Source of the DNA: Alphaproteobacteria bacterium
Lineage (GTDB): Bacteria > Pseudomonadota > Alphaproteobacteria > MPNO01 > UBA2964
Direction: 5' to 3'
DNA length: 64,000 nucleotides
Assembly: GCA_049602055.1 (NCBI GenBank)
Contig: JBMYRG010000013.1
Span: 12,384 to 76,383 of the forward strand
Shown here: piece by piece, positions 18,755 to 28,577 of the stretch
How positions within the stretch are numbered: the stretch's first letter is position 1
Layout of the letters: every line of letters starts with the position of its first letter
The notes under the pieces: model-generated
The model's database searches: none
Seen by the model: only the letters and a program-made list of their open reading frames with translations
Told to the model about the DNA's origin: nothing
Translations under genes and position numbers: made by a program

Positions 18755-19916
18755 CCCTGCATTCGAAATGGAACGCTCGCCGATGGCTCTCAGGATTTCT
18801 TTGTTTTACGGCGCGATATTCGCGGTTATTGGCATCCTGATGCCATTCTGGCCAGTTTGGCTACAATCCCGTGGAATTACAGCGACAGAAATCGGTTTAA
18901 TACTGGCTGTCGCCACCTGGAGCCGAGCTATTATCAATCCACTTCTGGCGCAACGGGCTGATCGATATGGTCGTCCCGACTTGATGATCCTCTTCCTTGG
19001 CTGGGGCGCTTTCCTGACCCACATTCTGTTCTTTTTCTCGGACGGGTTTTGGAGCCTGTTTGCCATCAGCGTCATTTCGTCAATTTTGCTCTTTGCGCTG
19101 ATGCCCATGGCGGATGCGGTCACCATGCTCAAGGTACGCGAAGGCAGTATCGATTACGGCAAAGTACGGCTATGGGGGTCTTTGACCTTTATTGCCGCCG
19201 CTCTGGGGGGCGGCATTCTCCTCCGTGGACAGCCCGCAGACTACATTCTTTGGTTGGTCATTGGTCTGCTGGTCTTGACTGTCGCAAGTTGTCACCTGAT
19301 CCCGCGGGCAGAAACCCCTGGCACCAAGAATTTCCTCGAACCTTTGCTCAATATTCTTCGCAACAAGCGACTGATTATCTTCATGATGTCAGCGAGCTTA
19401 ATCCAGGCGAGCCATGCAGTTTATTACGGTTTTTCTACCTTGCATTGGCGAGCCAACGGTCTCGATGAAATTACCATTGGTGCGCTCTGGGCTGAAGGAG
19501 TAATAGCCGAGATCATATTATTCGCTATTGCCGGAAAATATATCGACCGAATTGGGCCAGTGGTCTTCCTGACGATTGGCGGCATCGCCGGTCTAATCCG
19601 CTGGTCGGTGCTCGGCATGACAACCGACTTGCCCGGACTGGTGGCGGTGCAGGGGCTTCATGCCTTTACCTTCGGCGCTACTCATTTGGCCGCTCTTTAC
19701 TACATTGCCAAAGCCGTCCCGGCGGGTTTTGCCGCAACGGCACAAAGTCTCTATTCCAGCTTTGCCGTCGGCACGACAATGGCTTTTGCCATGCTGGCCT
19801 CGGGCTGGCTTTACGAGTTGTATGACGGGGCCGCATTCTTCGCGATGGCAGGCATGTCTGTTGCCGGAATACTGCTTCTAATCCCGGTCCTCTTAATCGC
19901 TAAAGAATCTACCTGA
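18747..19916 (+). CDS. MFS transporter, HcaT-like (3-phenylpropionate / aromatic acid:H+ symporter family)
   Basis: 12-TM MFS protein. The segment 'YGKVRLWGSLTFIAAALGG' closely matches the E. coli HcaT 'YGKVRLWGSVAFVIGSALTG' box. The likely start is the MALRISLF Met at 18783. Confidence 0.7.
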   Translation: MHTPAFEMERSPMALRISLFYGAIFAVIGILMPFWPVWLQSRGITATEIGLILAVATWSRAIINPLLAQRADRYGRPDLMILFLGWGAFLTHILFFFSDGFWSLFAISVISSILLFALMPMADAVTMLKVREGSIDYGKVRLWGSLTFIAAALGGGILLRGQPADYILWLVIGLLVLTVASCHLIPRAETPGTKNFLEPLLNILRNKRLIIFMMSASLIQASHAVYYGFSTLHWRANGLDEITIGALWAEGVIAEIILFAIAGKYIDRIGPVVFLTIGGIAGLIRWSVLGMTTDLPGLVAVQGLHAFTFGATHLAALYYIAKAVPAGFAATAQSLYSSFAVGTTMAFAMLASGWLYELYDGAAFFAMAGMSVAGILLLIPVLLIAKEST

Positions 19917-19919
19917 CCG

Positions 19920-20621
19920 TTATTCGAGCTCGATACGAATTCCAACAGTTGCCGACAAAGTCTGGGTGCCACGCGAAACCGGCACGGCCTTATCACTTCG
20001 CAGAGCTTCTGCCGCCATGATACGCGGCCTCGGATGATGTATTCCGCGCTCCTGGATTTGTAAAATCTTACCGAGCTCAGAGCCCGCCGCCTCTGCGTAA
20101 AGTGTCGCTTTTCGCATGGCATCTTTGACCGCCTTGCGGCGCGCTTGGTCGAGAAGTTTTTCTGGCTCCGCGACTGAAAACTGGACACCGTTCACCCGGT
20201 TTGACCCGGCAGAGACAACAGCATCGAGCAAACGACCCAATTTCGTTAAATCACGTACCGTCACCGTCACCTGATTGGCGGCCTGATACCCCGCAATCTT
20301 GCGCTGTTTGTTACGTTCATAACGTTCATAGAAGGGCGAGACGCTAAAATTGCTGGTGCGGATATCTTTATCGTCGATGCCAGATTTTGAAAGGAGCCGA
20401 AACAAGGAACTCATTGCCTTGTTATTCGCCGATAAAGCCTCGCGTGCCGTATCGGCCCGCGTTGTGACACCAGCATTTATGCTGGCAATATCGGGAACCG
20501 CAATTACCGTTCCCTTGCCTTCAACAGCGATAAAACGTGTTTTATCATTATCAGCAACGGCGGTACCAGCTGCCAAAAAAATCAACGCCCCTGTGAGACC
20601 TGCAAGCACCCTGTTCGTCAT
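19920..20621 (-). CDS. SIMPL-domain (DUF541) periplasmic protein, BP26/Omp28-like
   Basis: Signal peptide, then the conserved C-terminal region 'LLDQARRKAVKDAMRKATLYAEAAGSELGKILQIQE'. Length is 233 aa. Confidence 0.7.
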   Translation of the reverse strand: MTNRVLAGLTGALIFLAAGTAVADNDKTRFIAVEGKGTVIAVPDIASINAGVTTRADTAREALSANNKAMSSLFRLLSKSGIDDKDIRTSNFSVSPFYERYERNKQRKIAGYQAANQVTVTVRDLTKLGRLLDAVVSAGSNRVNGVQFSVAEPEKLLDQARRKAVKDAMRKATLYAEAAGSELGKILQIQERGIHHPRPRIMAAEALRSDKAVPVSRGTQTLSATVGIRIELE

Positions 20622-20816
20622 AATTCCAATTCCTTTGCCAAATCAATCACTGTCAAAAATACCATAAGTATGAAATATGGAGTTTATAAGGCAAAATGAT
20701 ACAAGTTTTCGGCCGTTGGCAGACTTCCCGATCAAATAGCCAAACTTGAATGCACCCAGTTTGCTTCTAAACCTCGTCAAAACTCGATAATAAACAACGT
20801 TTCAGAACCCCATCCC

Positions 20817-22157
20817 ATGAACAGCCCCTCCCCCTATTCACCAATAGCTCGACTTATCGTTCTGTTGATTGGTCTTCTTTGGATCCTCGGGCTGGTTCAG
20901 GTTCTGTTTCCGACACCGCAAGTTTCGACGGTTATGGTTGGCCTCCTTGCCTGTCTGGCAATCATTGCTCTGCCACAGGCCACGTGGAACGTAAAACTTC
21001 TGTGCGCTTTTCTTGCGATTTCAACGATCTCGCTGGCCTATTTCTATGATCAATGGGCCGCTATCGAGGGCGGATTAACACGCGCTGCCATCTTCCCCGC
21101 ATTTTTGGCGACAATCGTCTTGTTGCGGGCTACGGCAGATCAGCGACCAGAAATCGGCGTGGCCCGAGGCCTTTTTACGGCCCTCGATCGAGAGCGACGG
21201 GACAGCGGCTTGGTCGTCGGCGGTTTTCTTGTTGGTTCTATTCTGCAAGTTGGCGTGTTTGCCATTATGGCACCGATTCTTGGTCGCGATGCACCCGCAA
21301 GTGAGCGTCGGGAAGTCTTTGTTGCCGCGATGCGCGGCATGGCGCTTGTTCCTCTTTGGTCGCCATTTGTCGTAGGGATGGCAGTCGCCAGCCAATATTT
21401 ACCTAAAGTTCCCTTGTGGCAGATCATGTTTCTGGGGCTGGCGCTATCTGCCTTCTGCATCGTGTTATCGATCATCTTTTTTGATCGCAAAGGAGGGCTC
21501 AGGGCCCTTTGGCAATCACTTATGACTCTGGCACCCGTCGCGCCACCAATTGCCATTGCCGCTTTGCTCGTCGTAGGAACGGCCCTCGGCACCGGGTTTT
21601 CAACGTTGCAGGCACTGGTATTGGCAATGCCCCTGCCCTGTCTGCTGGCCGTTGCCCTCGCACCTGGCGGGTCCATCCCAACAGCCCTGCGTGCAACTGG
21701 TCAAAGAGTAACGCGGATAGGTCCTGAAACGGCGATCCTGACCTTCGCCACAATCCTCGGTGCCGTCTTCGAAGCAGCCCTCCCTGATATGGGGCTTCTT
21801 GATTGGTTGCAGAGCTTAATGCTCTCGCCCACCTTTATTATATTTTTTGTTATCACGTTTATGAACCTAATGGGGCTGATGGCTATTCACTCCATCGTCT
21901 CCGGCACGATATTACTTGTTCTCTTTACGAATATTCCGACCGGCCTGTCAGACCTCGTCTTTATGCAGGCGCTTCTAACAGGCTGGGGATTGAACACCGC
22001 TATTTCCTTGAGCAGCCTCTCGGTCGTAACCGGTGCTACGATGTTCGACCTGCCAATGACCCGCCTTATTAGCTGGAGTAATATAATTTATGTCTTTGTT
22101 GGCGGTGCCCTTTGTGCCCTAATTCTGTCCGCCATTAATCCGGTTCTCGTGGCATAA
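20817..22157 (+). CDS. Polytopic inner-membrane protein of unknown function (about 12 TM segments)
   Basis: 446 aa protein that is hydrophobic throughout. I found no recognisable transporter signature. Confidence 0.5.
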   Translation: MNSPSPYSPIARLIVLLIGLLWILGLVQVLFPTPQVSTVMVGLLACLAIIALPQATWNVKLLCAFLAISTISLAYFYDQWAAIEGGLTRAAIFPAFLATIVLLRATADQRPEIGVARGLFTALDRERRDSGLVVGGFLVGSILQVGVFAIMAPILGRDAPASERREVFVAAMRGMALVPLWSPFVVGMAVASQYLPKVPLWQIMFLGLALSAFCIVLSIIFFDRKGGLRALWQSLMTLAPVAPPIAIAALLVVGTALGTGFSTLQALVLAMPLPCLLAVALAPGGSIPTALRATGQRVTRIGPETAILTFATILGAVFEAALPDMGLLDWLQSLMLSPTFIIFFVITFMNLMGLMAIHSIVSGTILLVLFTNIPTGLSDLVFMQALLTGWGLNTAISLSSLSVVTGATMFDLPMTRLISWSNIIYVFVGGALCALILSAINPVLVA

Positions 22158-22241
22158 TGCCCAATGATTTGATAGAAGAAACGGCATTCGGCTTGCCGGA
22201 TTTATAGAAACGCGTAACCAGCCAGTAAGAGCAACTTCACC

Positions 22242-23528
22242 ATGGGCTGTCTTTTTCGTCTCAGCGGTCTTTTTTTTCTCGCAATAATTATCGGATTGCC
22301 AATAGCGATTGCGATGAATGCTGTCCAGGATGTACCCGCCCTCAAAAGACCCGGCGCCATCAATCTGCAGGATTTAAAAAACGCCCAGCAATTGGCCAGG
22401 CGTTTTGATCCTCGCTTAATGCCGCCGGACAGGATCACAGAAATTCGGGCGACAACACGTGAGTTAAACACCGTTCTGAAAGGCGCAATGGCGTCGATTC
22501 CAAATGTCGTAACCACTGTCAAAGTGGCTCGGTTTGGCATCCTCATAGGAATGTCTGTGGAGTTACCAGACAACCCCCTTGGGCGTTACCTCAACATCCG
22601 TACTGTTATTGCGTCTTCTTCACGAGGCCTGAGATTTTACCGCCTTTATGTCGGCAAGGTGGAAATTCCTCAGCAACTCATCGATCCTGCTCTCCGCTAT
22701 GCACTGGATGAAATCGTGGGCAAAGGTAAGGCCGATCCGATTTTGAAGAGCGTTCGCTCCGTTAAGGTCCTGGGTCCAACAATCTATGTTCGCTTTCAGC
22801 CGCCACCGAATTTGTTAAAGGACATTAAAACCGCAGCAAGAAAACGAATACAAATCAGCAGTCCAAAGACCGTAAAACCCTACTATGACCTGATCGAAAA
22901 ACTTGCCGCGCAATATTCCTCGCTGAGCCGGGTTTCCCTGACAGATTTTATACGCCCTCTATTCAAATTAGCAGGGCAGCGATCAAGCTCCGGTGATCCT
23001 ATCGATGAAAACAGGGCAGCCATTTTGGCACTGGTTTTGTATTTCGGCGATTCCCGCTTTGAGCGGTTTATTGGCGAAGTGCGAACTGCTCAGCAGAAAT
23101 CAAAACGGGGGAAAATCTCTCATGTCAGGCTAAATGACCGTCACGATTTTGTTCAGCATTTTGCAATTTCAGCCGGATTGACGCTAACCGGTGGCGAAGA
23201 TACAGCGAATATCATTGGTGTCCTCAAAGAAGTGAAAGACGCCGCCAATAAGAAGAGTGGTTTCAGCTTCACCGATATTGGCGCGGATAGAATGGGTGTC
23301 CGCTTTGCGAAAAAGGCCACCGAAAACCGAAGCAAAGCACTCGAATTTCAGAGAGTGCTGTCCGCCGCAAGCTCAGAACGCAGTTTTTTCCCGACCTTTA
23401 CCGACCTGCCTCAAGGGATGACGACCGCTCAGTTTAAAAGCCGCTATCGCGACACGAAAAGCAAAAAATATAGAGACGAGATTGCGAAAATTGACCGCCG
23501 CATAGATGCCATCGGCATGTATCGATGA
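22242..23528 (+). CDS. Hypothetical protein with an N-terminal membrane anchor (428 aa)
   Basis: One N-terminal TM segment, then a hydrophilic K/R-rich body. Its stop overlaps the downstream EamA start (ATGA). Confidence 0.45.
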   Translation: MGCLFRLSGLFFLAIIIGLPIAIAMNAVQDVPALKRPGAINLQDLKNAQQLARRFDPRLMPPDRITEIRATTRELNTVLKGAMASIPNVVTTVKVARFGILIGMSVELPDNPLGRYLNIRTVIASSSRGLRFYRLYVGKVEIPQQLIDPALRYALDEIVGKGKADPILKSVRSVKVLGPTIYVRFQPPPNLLKDIKTAARKRIQISSPKTVKPYYDLIEKLAAQYSSLSRVSLTDFIRPLFKLAGQRSSSGDPIDENRAAILALVLYFGDSRFERFIGEVRTAQQKSKRGKISHVRLNDRHDFVQHFAISAGLTLTGGEDTANIIGVLKEVKDAANKKSGFSFTDIGADRMGVRFAKKATENRSKALEFQRVLSAASSERSFFPTFTDLPQGMTTAQFKSRYRDTKSKKYRDEIAKIDRRIDAIGMYR

Positions 23529-24466
23529 CCTCAAAACACCCCGGCTCTACCGTCGGAAACCAGGTTCTCATTGGCGCCGCATGGGGCGTCGGCGCGGCGG
23601 CAGCACATTCATTTGTTCCCATCGCCGTCCGATTATTGAGCCACATTCCAGCAATAGAACTTGTTTTTTTCAGAAATTTTTTTGGCCTCCTGATCCTTCT
23701 AAGTATCGTAGGCTGGCGAGGGGTTCGGTTTTGGCAAACCAACCGGCTGGGATTCCATCTACAACGCAATCTCGCAAATTTCACCGGGATGTGGTTGTGG
23801 TTTGCTGGATTGGCCTTTTTACCCATCGCCAAAGCGGTGGCCCTTCATTTCACCGTACCGCTGATGGTCGTCGTGCTCGCGGTTATATTCCTGAAGGAAA
23901 GACCGGGCATCACCCGGCTGACCTGCACATTAATTGGTTTCTGCGGTGTATTGGTGATCTTGAGACCGGGGGCCGTCCCCATCGGCCCCGCGGCATTCCT
24001 GGTCCTCGGATCCGCCCTTTCCTACGCCGGTGTAGCGATCTACACGCGCTCATTGGGTAAGACTGATCACCCGACGACGACGACCTTTTATTACCAGTTT
24101 ACCCTGACAATATTCGCTTCTGTCTCAATGCTCGTAGGGTGGCTTATCGCAACCAATATTCCGGATACCGGAATACCCTTGAACTGGTTCACCTGGGTCA
24201 CGCCAACATTACTCGATTTCCCGGGTCTTCTTCTATTGGCGGTCTCTGGAACCATAGCGCCCTATTGTCTGGTGCGGGCTTTCGTCCACGCCGAGGCTAC
24301 CATTGTCGAACCCATTGAATATTTGCGTCTGCCAATTACCGCCTTTGTTGCCTATCTGGTCTTCGACCAAACGACGGACATATGGGTCTGGATTGGAGCC
24401 AGTGTTATTGCCGGCTCAACCTATTATATGACAAGGCACGAATCCAAAGCGTCAGGACACCACTAA
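23525..24466 (+). CDS. DMT-superfamily transporter (EamA family)
   Basis: 10-TM protein with two EamA halves. Contains 'ILRPGAVPIG' and 'EPIEYLRLPITAFVAYLVFDQTTDIWVWIGASVI'. Confidence 0.8.
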   Translation: MTSKHPGSTVGNQVLIGAAWGVGAAAAHSFVPIAVRLLSHIPAIELVFFRNFFGLLILLSIVGWRGVRFWQTNRLGFHLQRNLANFTGMWLWFAGLAFLPIAKAVALHFTVPLMVVVLAVIFLKERPGITRLTCTLIGFCGVLVILRPGAVPIGPAAFLVLGSALSYAGVAIYTRSLGKTDHPTTTTFYYQFTLTIFASVSMLVGWLIATNIPDTGIPLNWFTWVTPTLLDFPGLLLLAVSGTIAPYCLVRAFVHAEATIVEPIEYLRLPITAFVAYLVFDQTTDIWVWIGASVIAGSTYYMTRHESKASGHH

Positions 24467-24468
24467 AC

Positions 24469-25962
24469 CTATTTTGTTGGCGGCTGATTGGTATTGAGCA
24501 GCCAACCCCATTTCTCCTTAGCGCGAGCATAGGTTTCTTTGTCTGGTGTATTGACCTTGGGATACCGATCCATCCAGTGGAACGGCTTGCAGGCATTGAT
24601 AATCGCACGACTGTTGGTCGTATCGCCAATTTCCTTGCGATCAGGATGGATCGACGGATCGAGTCCCGTGGACCAGCCTCGGTTGATGATATCGATATCC
24701 GTTGCCGGATCTGCCCGGAAACAAAGCGCCCACATGACGTCTTCCAGATTCGACGCATCGATATCGTCATCAACGACGACAACGAATTTCCCGGCATACG
24801 CCCCGAGACGACACTGCGAGGCAATCTGGCCCGCCTGTGTCGCATGTCCCGGATAGCGCTGTTTAATAGACACGGCAGTAAACATGCGCCCGCCGCCACA
24901 TTCATGGCACCAGGCAACCTGAACATCAGGAACGCCAACCGCTTCGATCTGCTCCTTGAGAAGCGCCGAGCGCACCACGGCCCGATAACGCGACTGTTCC
25001 TCTGGCGGACGTTGCGGCGGACAACCGAGCATGATCGGATCATTACGATGATAGATAGCCTTAATATCCAGCGTCGGTCCATTATGTTCAGGATTCCCGT
25101 AATACCCTGTCCATTCGCCGAATGGTCCTTCAGAGTGGAGTTTGTCCGGATAGCAAAAGCCTTCGAGGACAATCTCGGCATTTGCGGGAAACGGCAGCCC
25201 AGTATGTTTGCCGATGACGCATTCAACCGGACGGCCACGATAGGCGCCCATGATGTCAAATTCGCAAACGCCATACGGAATTTCCGATGACGACATCAGA
25301 AAGCTAAGCGGATCAACACCGACGACAACGCAGACCGGCATGGGCAGGTTCTTGGCCATGTATTTTTGACGATGCAGCCGACCATGTTTCCCGGGGGAAA
25401 TATAAAACCCGACGGTTTTTTCATCATGCACCATCACGCGGTAGGTACCGACATTGATCCAGTTCTCTTCAGGGTCACGGGTGACATTAAAAGACCCGGT
25501 TCCGATATAACGCCCGCCATCCCCTTCATGCCAAAGCGGTGTCGGTAGAGAAAGCACGTCTACGTCGTCACCTTCCATGATATTTTCCATCACCGGGCCG
25601 GTTTCAACAGTTTTGTAAGGTAGTGGTCTTTGAACGACCTCCTGATAGGCCTTGTTAAAGGCGACACTTAGCTCAAACTTGGTAAGGTCCGGCGGAAAGC
25701 CCAACGTAATATTCTGGCGGCGACCACCAAAGAAGTTGGTAAAGACCCGGTGCCCTTTGGGATAGCCTGGAATTTCATCAAACAAAGCGCAGGGCGCCGT
25801 TTCGCTATGCAGCAGTAATTCCGCCGCCATGCCGATATCTTCTTCCCAGGTCGCTCCTTGAACACGGCGCAGCTCGCCGAGCTTATCGACCTCTTCGATA
25901 TATTCCCGAAGGTCATTAAAGGTGACGTGGTGTTTGAGATTACTGGCTTGCGATCCGTCCAT
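24469..25962 (-). CDS. UbiD-family decarboxylase, paralog B
   Basis: 497 aa protein, collinear with the ORF at 13110..14588 ('LREYIEEVDKLGELRRVQGATWEEDIGMAAELL', 'DGGRYIGTGSFNVTRDPEENWINVGTYRVMVH'). Confidence 0.85.
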   Translation of the reverse strand: MDGSQASNLKHHVTFNDLREYIEEVDKLGELRRVQGATWEEDIGMAAELLLHSETAPCALFDEIPGYPKGHRVFTNFFGGRRQNITLGFPPDLTKFELSVAFNKAYQEVVQRPLPYKTVETGPVMENIMEGDDVDVLSLPTPLWHEGDGGRYIGTGSFNVTRDPEENWINVGTYRVMVHDEKTVGFYISPGKHGRLHRQKYMAKNLPMPVCVVVGVDPLSFLMSSSEIPYGVCEFDIMGAYRGRPVECVIGKHTGLPFPANAEIVLEGFCYPDKLHSEGPFGEWTGYYGNPEHNGPTLDIKAIYHRNDPIMLGCPPQRPPEEQSRYRAVVRSALLKEQIEAVGVPDVQVAWCHECGGGRMFTAVSIKQRYPGHATQAGQIASQCRLGAYAGKFVVVVDDDIDASNLEDVMWALCFRADPATDIDIINRGWSTGLDPSIHPDRKEIGDTTNSRAIINACKPFHWMDRYPKVNTPDKETYARAKEKWGWLLNTNQPPTK

Positions 25963-26107
25963 CGGTGGAGTCTCCTAAATCATATTGATACGCCAAACTA
26001 AGACGATGGGCCCGATCTGTAAATCCAGCTTGCACCGATAGGCTGGCGTGACGAGAGGTTTCGTGCGATGAGATAAAATACCTCAAAGAAATCTAGCGGG
26101 TTCTCCT

Positions 26108-27010
26108 GTGAACGACCAAAACAGCACTGCGAATGCGACCCGTGCCGAGACCCTTCGCGGCATCGGGTGGATGGTGATCGCCGTCGCCGGGCTGGCCGGG
26201 ATTGTCATCGCGGTGCGGGCGCTCAAGCCAGACATGACGGTGCCCCAACTATTATTCTTCCGGGCGTTGATCGGGTTGATTGCCATAGCCGCCATCATGA
26301 TCCCTCAGGAGGGTTTACGGTCCCTCATCACCAAACGGCCCGGTTTTCAGTTCCTGCGCAACGCGACCCATGCCGGTGGACAATATTGCGTGTTTTTCGG
26401 CGTGATTTCTGTACCTCTCGCGGTGGTCACCTCGATTGAATACACCATCCCGGCCCTTACCGCCGCGATCGCCGCGATGACGATAGGCGAAAAGGTTAAC
26501 CGCTACCGCTGGATCGGCATGGCGGTGAGCTTTCTCGGGGTCATGATTATCGTCCGCCCTGGCATCGTCCCCGTCGGTATTCCGACAATGATGGTGATTT
26601 TTGGCGCAGTGTTATTTTCCGCCCAGAACGTCATGGTCAAAGTTCTGTCGCACACCGAAAGCGCCAGCACCATGGTTTTCACCATGAATGTGATTCAGAG
26701 TCTACTTTTCCTAGGGCCGGCGGTTTATCTGTGGGTGATGCCCGAATGGCATCATCTGCCCTGGCTCCTGTTGCTGGGACTCTCCGGCCTAACCACACAT
26801 TTCTGCCTCAGCAAGGCGCTGGTCCTGATCGACACCTCGGTATGCTTCCCAATCGATTTTCTGCGCCTGCCTTTTATCGCGTTCATCGCCTATCTGCTGT
26901 GGGATGAGACCTTCTCCCCCTGGGTCGCAGTTGGTGCCCTGGTTATCTTCGCCAGCACCTATTTTTCAATCCGCAAGGAAGCCAACGACGCGGACAAGAA
27001 ATCCGGCTAA
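26108..27010 (+). CDS. DMT-superfamily transporter (EamA family)
   Basis: 10 TM segments. Contains 'IVRPGIVPVG' and 'FPIDFLRLPFIAFIAYLLWDETFSPWVAVGALVIFAS'. Confidence 0.8.
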   Translation: MNDQNSTANATRAETLRGIGWMVIAVAGLAGIVIAVRALKPDMTVPQLLFFRALIGLIAIAAIMIPQEGLRSLITKRPGFQFLRNATHAGGQYCVFFGVISVPLAVVTSIEYTIPALTAAIAAMTIGEKVNRYRWIGMAVSFLGVMIIVRPGIVPVGIPTMMVIFGAVLFSAQNVMVKVLSHTESASTMVFTMNVIQSLLFLGPAVYLWVMPEWHHLPWLLLLGLSGLTTHFCLSKALVLIDTSVCFPIDFLRLPFIAFIAYLLWDETFSPWVAVGALVIFASTYFSIRKEANDADKKSG

Positions 27011-27708
27011 CGCTTCGTCATCTGGGTTTTACCAAACAGGATGTCGCGGGATTTGTCATCCAGAACGTCGCGAGTCTTGGCCCGTTTGTCAGTTAGGAGC
27101 TTCATGCCCTCCTGCACCGCCGGGCGTGCAGCGACATCATCAAACCAGCGTTTCACATTGGGGAAATCGTCCCAAGGCTGGCCATGATAGCGATGTACGC
27201 GAACCCAGGGCCAACAGGCCATATCAGCAATTGAGTAATCATCGCCCGCCAGATAGGTCGCTTCCGCCAGCCGTCTGTCCATCACGCCGTAGAGCCGCCC
27301 TGCTTCATCGGTAAAACGGTTGATCGCGTATGGCACCCGTTCCGGCGCGGCGTCACGAAAATGATGCGCTTGTCCGCAGATCGGGCCGAGATTGCCCATC
27401 TGAAACATCAGCCATTGCATCACCTCGTAACGCTTGTTGCTTGACGAGGGCATGAATTTGCCTGTCTTGTCAGCGAGATAAAACAGGATGGCACCCGACT
27501 CAAAAATTGAGACTGGTTTACCCTCCGGTCCTTCTTCATCAACCAAGGCTGGCATCCGATTATTCGGGCTGAGTTCCAGGAATTCAGGTGCAAACTGATC
27601 GCCTGCGGTGATGTCTACGGCGACGACCTGATATTCAAGCCCGCATTCTTCCAGCATGATCGAGACTTTGTGCGCGTTGGGTGTTGGCCAGGCATGCAGT
27701 GTGATCAT
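27007..27708 (-). CDS. Glutathione S-transferase, Nu-class (YfcG/YghU-like)
   Basis: N-terminal thioredoxin fold 'ITLHAWPTPNAHKVSIMLEECGLEY', and 'ESGAILFYLADKTG'. The ATG at 27708 shares its A with the TGA of the upstream EamA gene. Confidence 0.85.
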   Translation of the reverse strand: MITLHAWPTPNAHKVSIMLEECGLEYQVVAVDITAGDQFAPEFLELSPNNRMPALVDEEGPEGKPVSIFESGAILFYLADKTGKFMPSSSNKRYEVMQWLMFQMGNLGPICGQAHHFRDAAPERVPYAINRFTDEAGRLYGVMDRRLAEATYLAGDDYSIADMACWPWVRVHRYHGQPWDDFPNVKRWFDDVAARPAVQEGMKLLTDKRAKTRDVLDDKSRDILFGKTQMTKR

Positions 27709-28577
27709 CAACTGTCTCCCTTGTTACGTGCCCCGCGCTGTACCGCGTAGCTCGTCGCGCAAAAGATGACAATCGCCCCGACCCATGTCCAGATATCCGG
27801 AAGTTCACTAAACAACACCCAGCCAAACGCCGCCCCGATTGGCATGCGCAGAAAGTTTACCGGCTGGACAACGCGAGCCGGCGCCAGCGCAATCCCCTTG
27901 GAGACCGTTACGTAGCCAATCGTTGAGAGGACGGAAGCACCGACAATTGCTGGCATATCGATCCAGAGAGGCGTCTTCCAATCGACAATCGCCATCGGCA
28001 AAGAAATCGGGACTAACAAAAAGTTGGCATAGAATACGATGACCGTCGTCGGTACCGTCTTTGAGAGCGATTTGATCACTGTATTGACGCTCGCATAGCT
28101 CGCTGCGCAGGCGATTGCCGCGACCGCCGCAAACGAAACTTCAATTATGCCCGGCCGTAAAACGATCAACACCCCCGCAAATCCGATAAAGGTCGCCAGC
28201 CAGCTGGCGATATCAGAGCGTTCACGGAGAAAGATAATCGCGAAGGCGATGGTAAAGAGCGGTGTTGCAAATTGCAGGGCAAAGAACTCGGCGACCGGCA
28301 TCCGGCCCGCTGAATAGAACCACAGAAAAATACCAATATAGGAGAAGACTCCCGTCATCAGCACCGCGAAGGGCCGTTTCGGCCAGAGGGAAGAGCCTCG
28401 CAATTGAAAGATCACCGGCGCCAGAATGATCACCGCGATAACCGAGCGGAAAAATGTCAGAAGAAATGGTGAATAGACTTCACCGATATAACGGATCAGC
28501 GTCGCCGAACCGACATAGCAGAAGGCGCTAACCAGCATATAGAAAGCACCCTGGACTGACGCTGGTAGAGCATTCAT
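27708..28577 (-). CDS. DMT/EamA transporter, array member 6 of 6 (3'-most)
   Basis: Paralog in the tandem array, with the conserved C-terminus 'ARVVQPVNFLRMPIGAAFGWVLFSELPDIWTWVGAIVIF'. Confidence 0.85.
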   Translation of the reverse strand: MNALPASVQGAFYMLVSAFCYVGSATLIRYIGEVYSPFLLTFFRSVIAVIILAPVIFQLRGSSLWPKRPFAVLMTGVFSYIGIFLWFYSAGRMPVAEFFALQFATPLFTIAFAIIFLRERSDIASWLATFIGFAGVLIVLRPGIIEVSFAAVAAIACAASYASVNTVIKSLSKTVPTTVIVFYANFLLVPISLPMAIVDWKTPLWIDMPAIVGASVLSTIGYVTVSKGIALAPARVVQPVNFLRMPIGAAFGWVLFSELPDIWTWVGAIVIFCATSYAVQRGARNKGDS

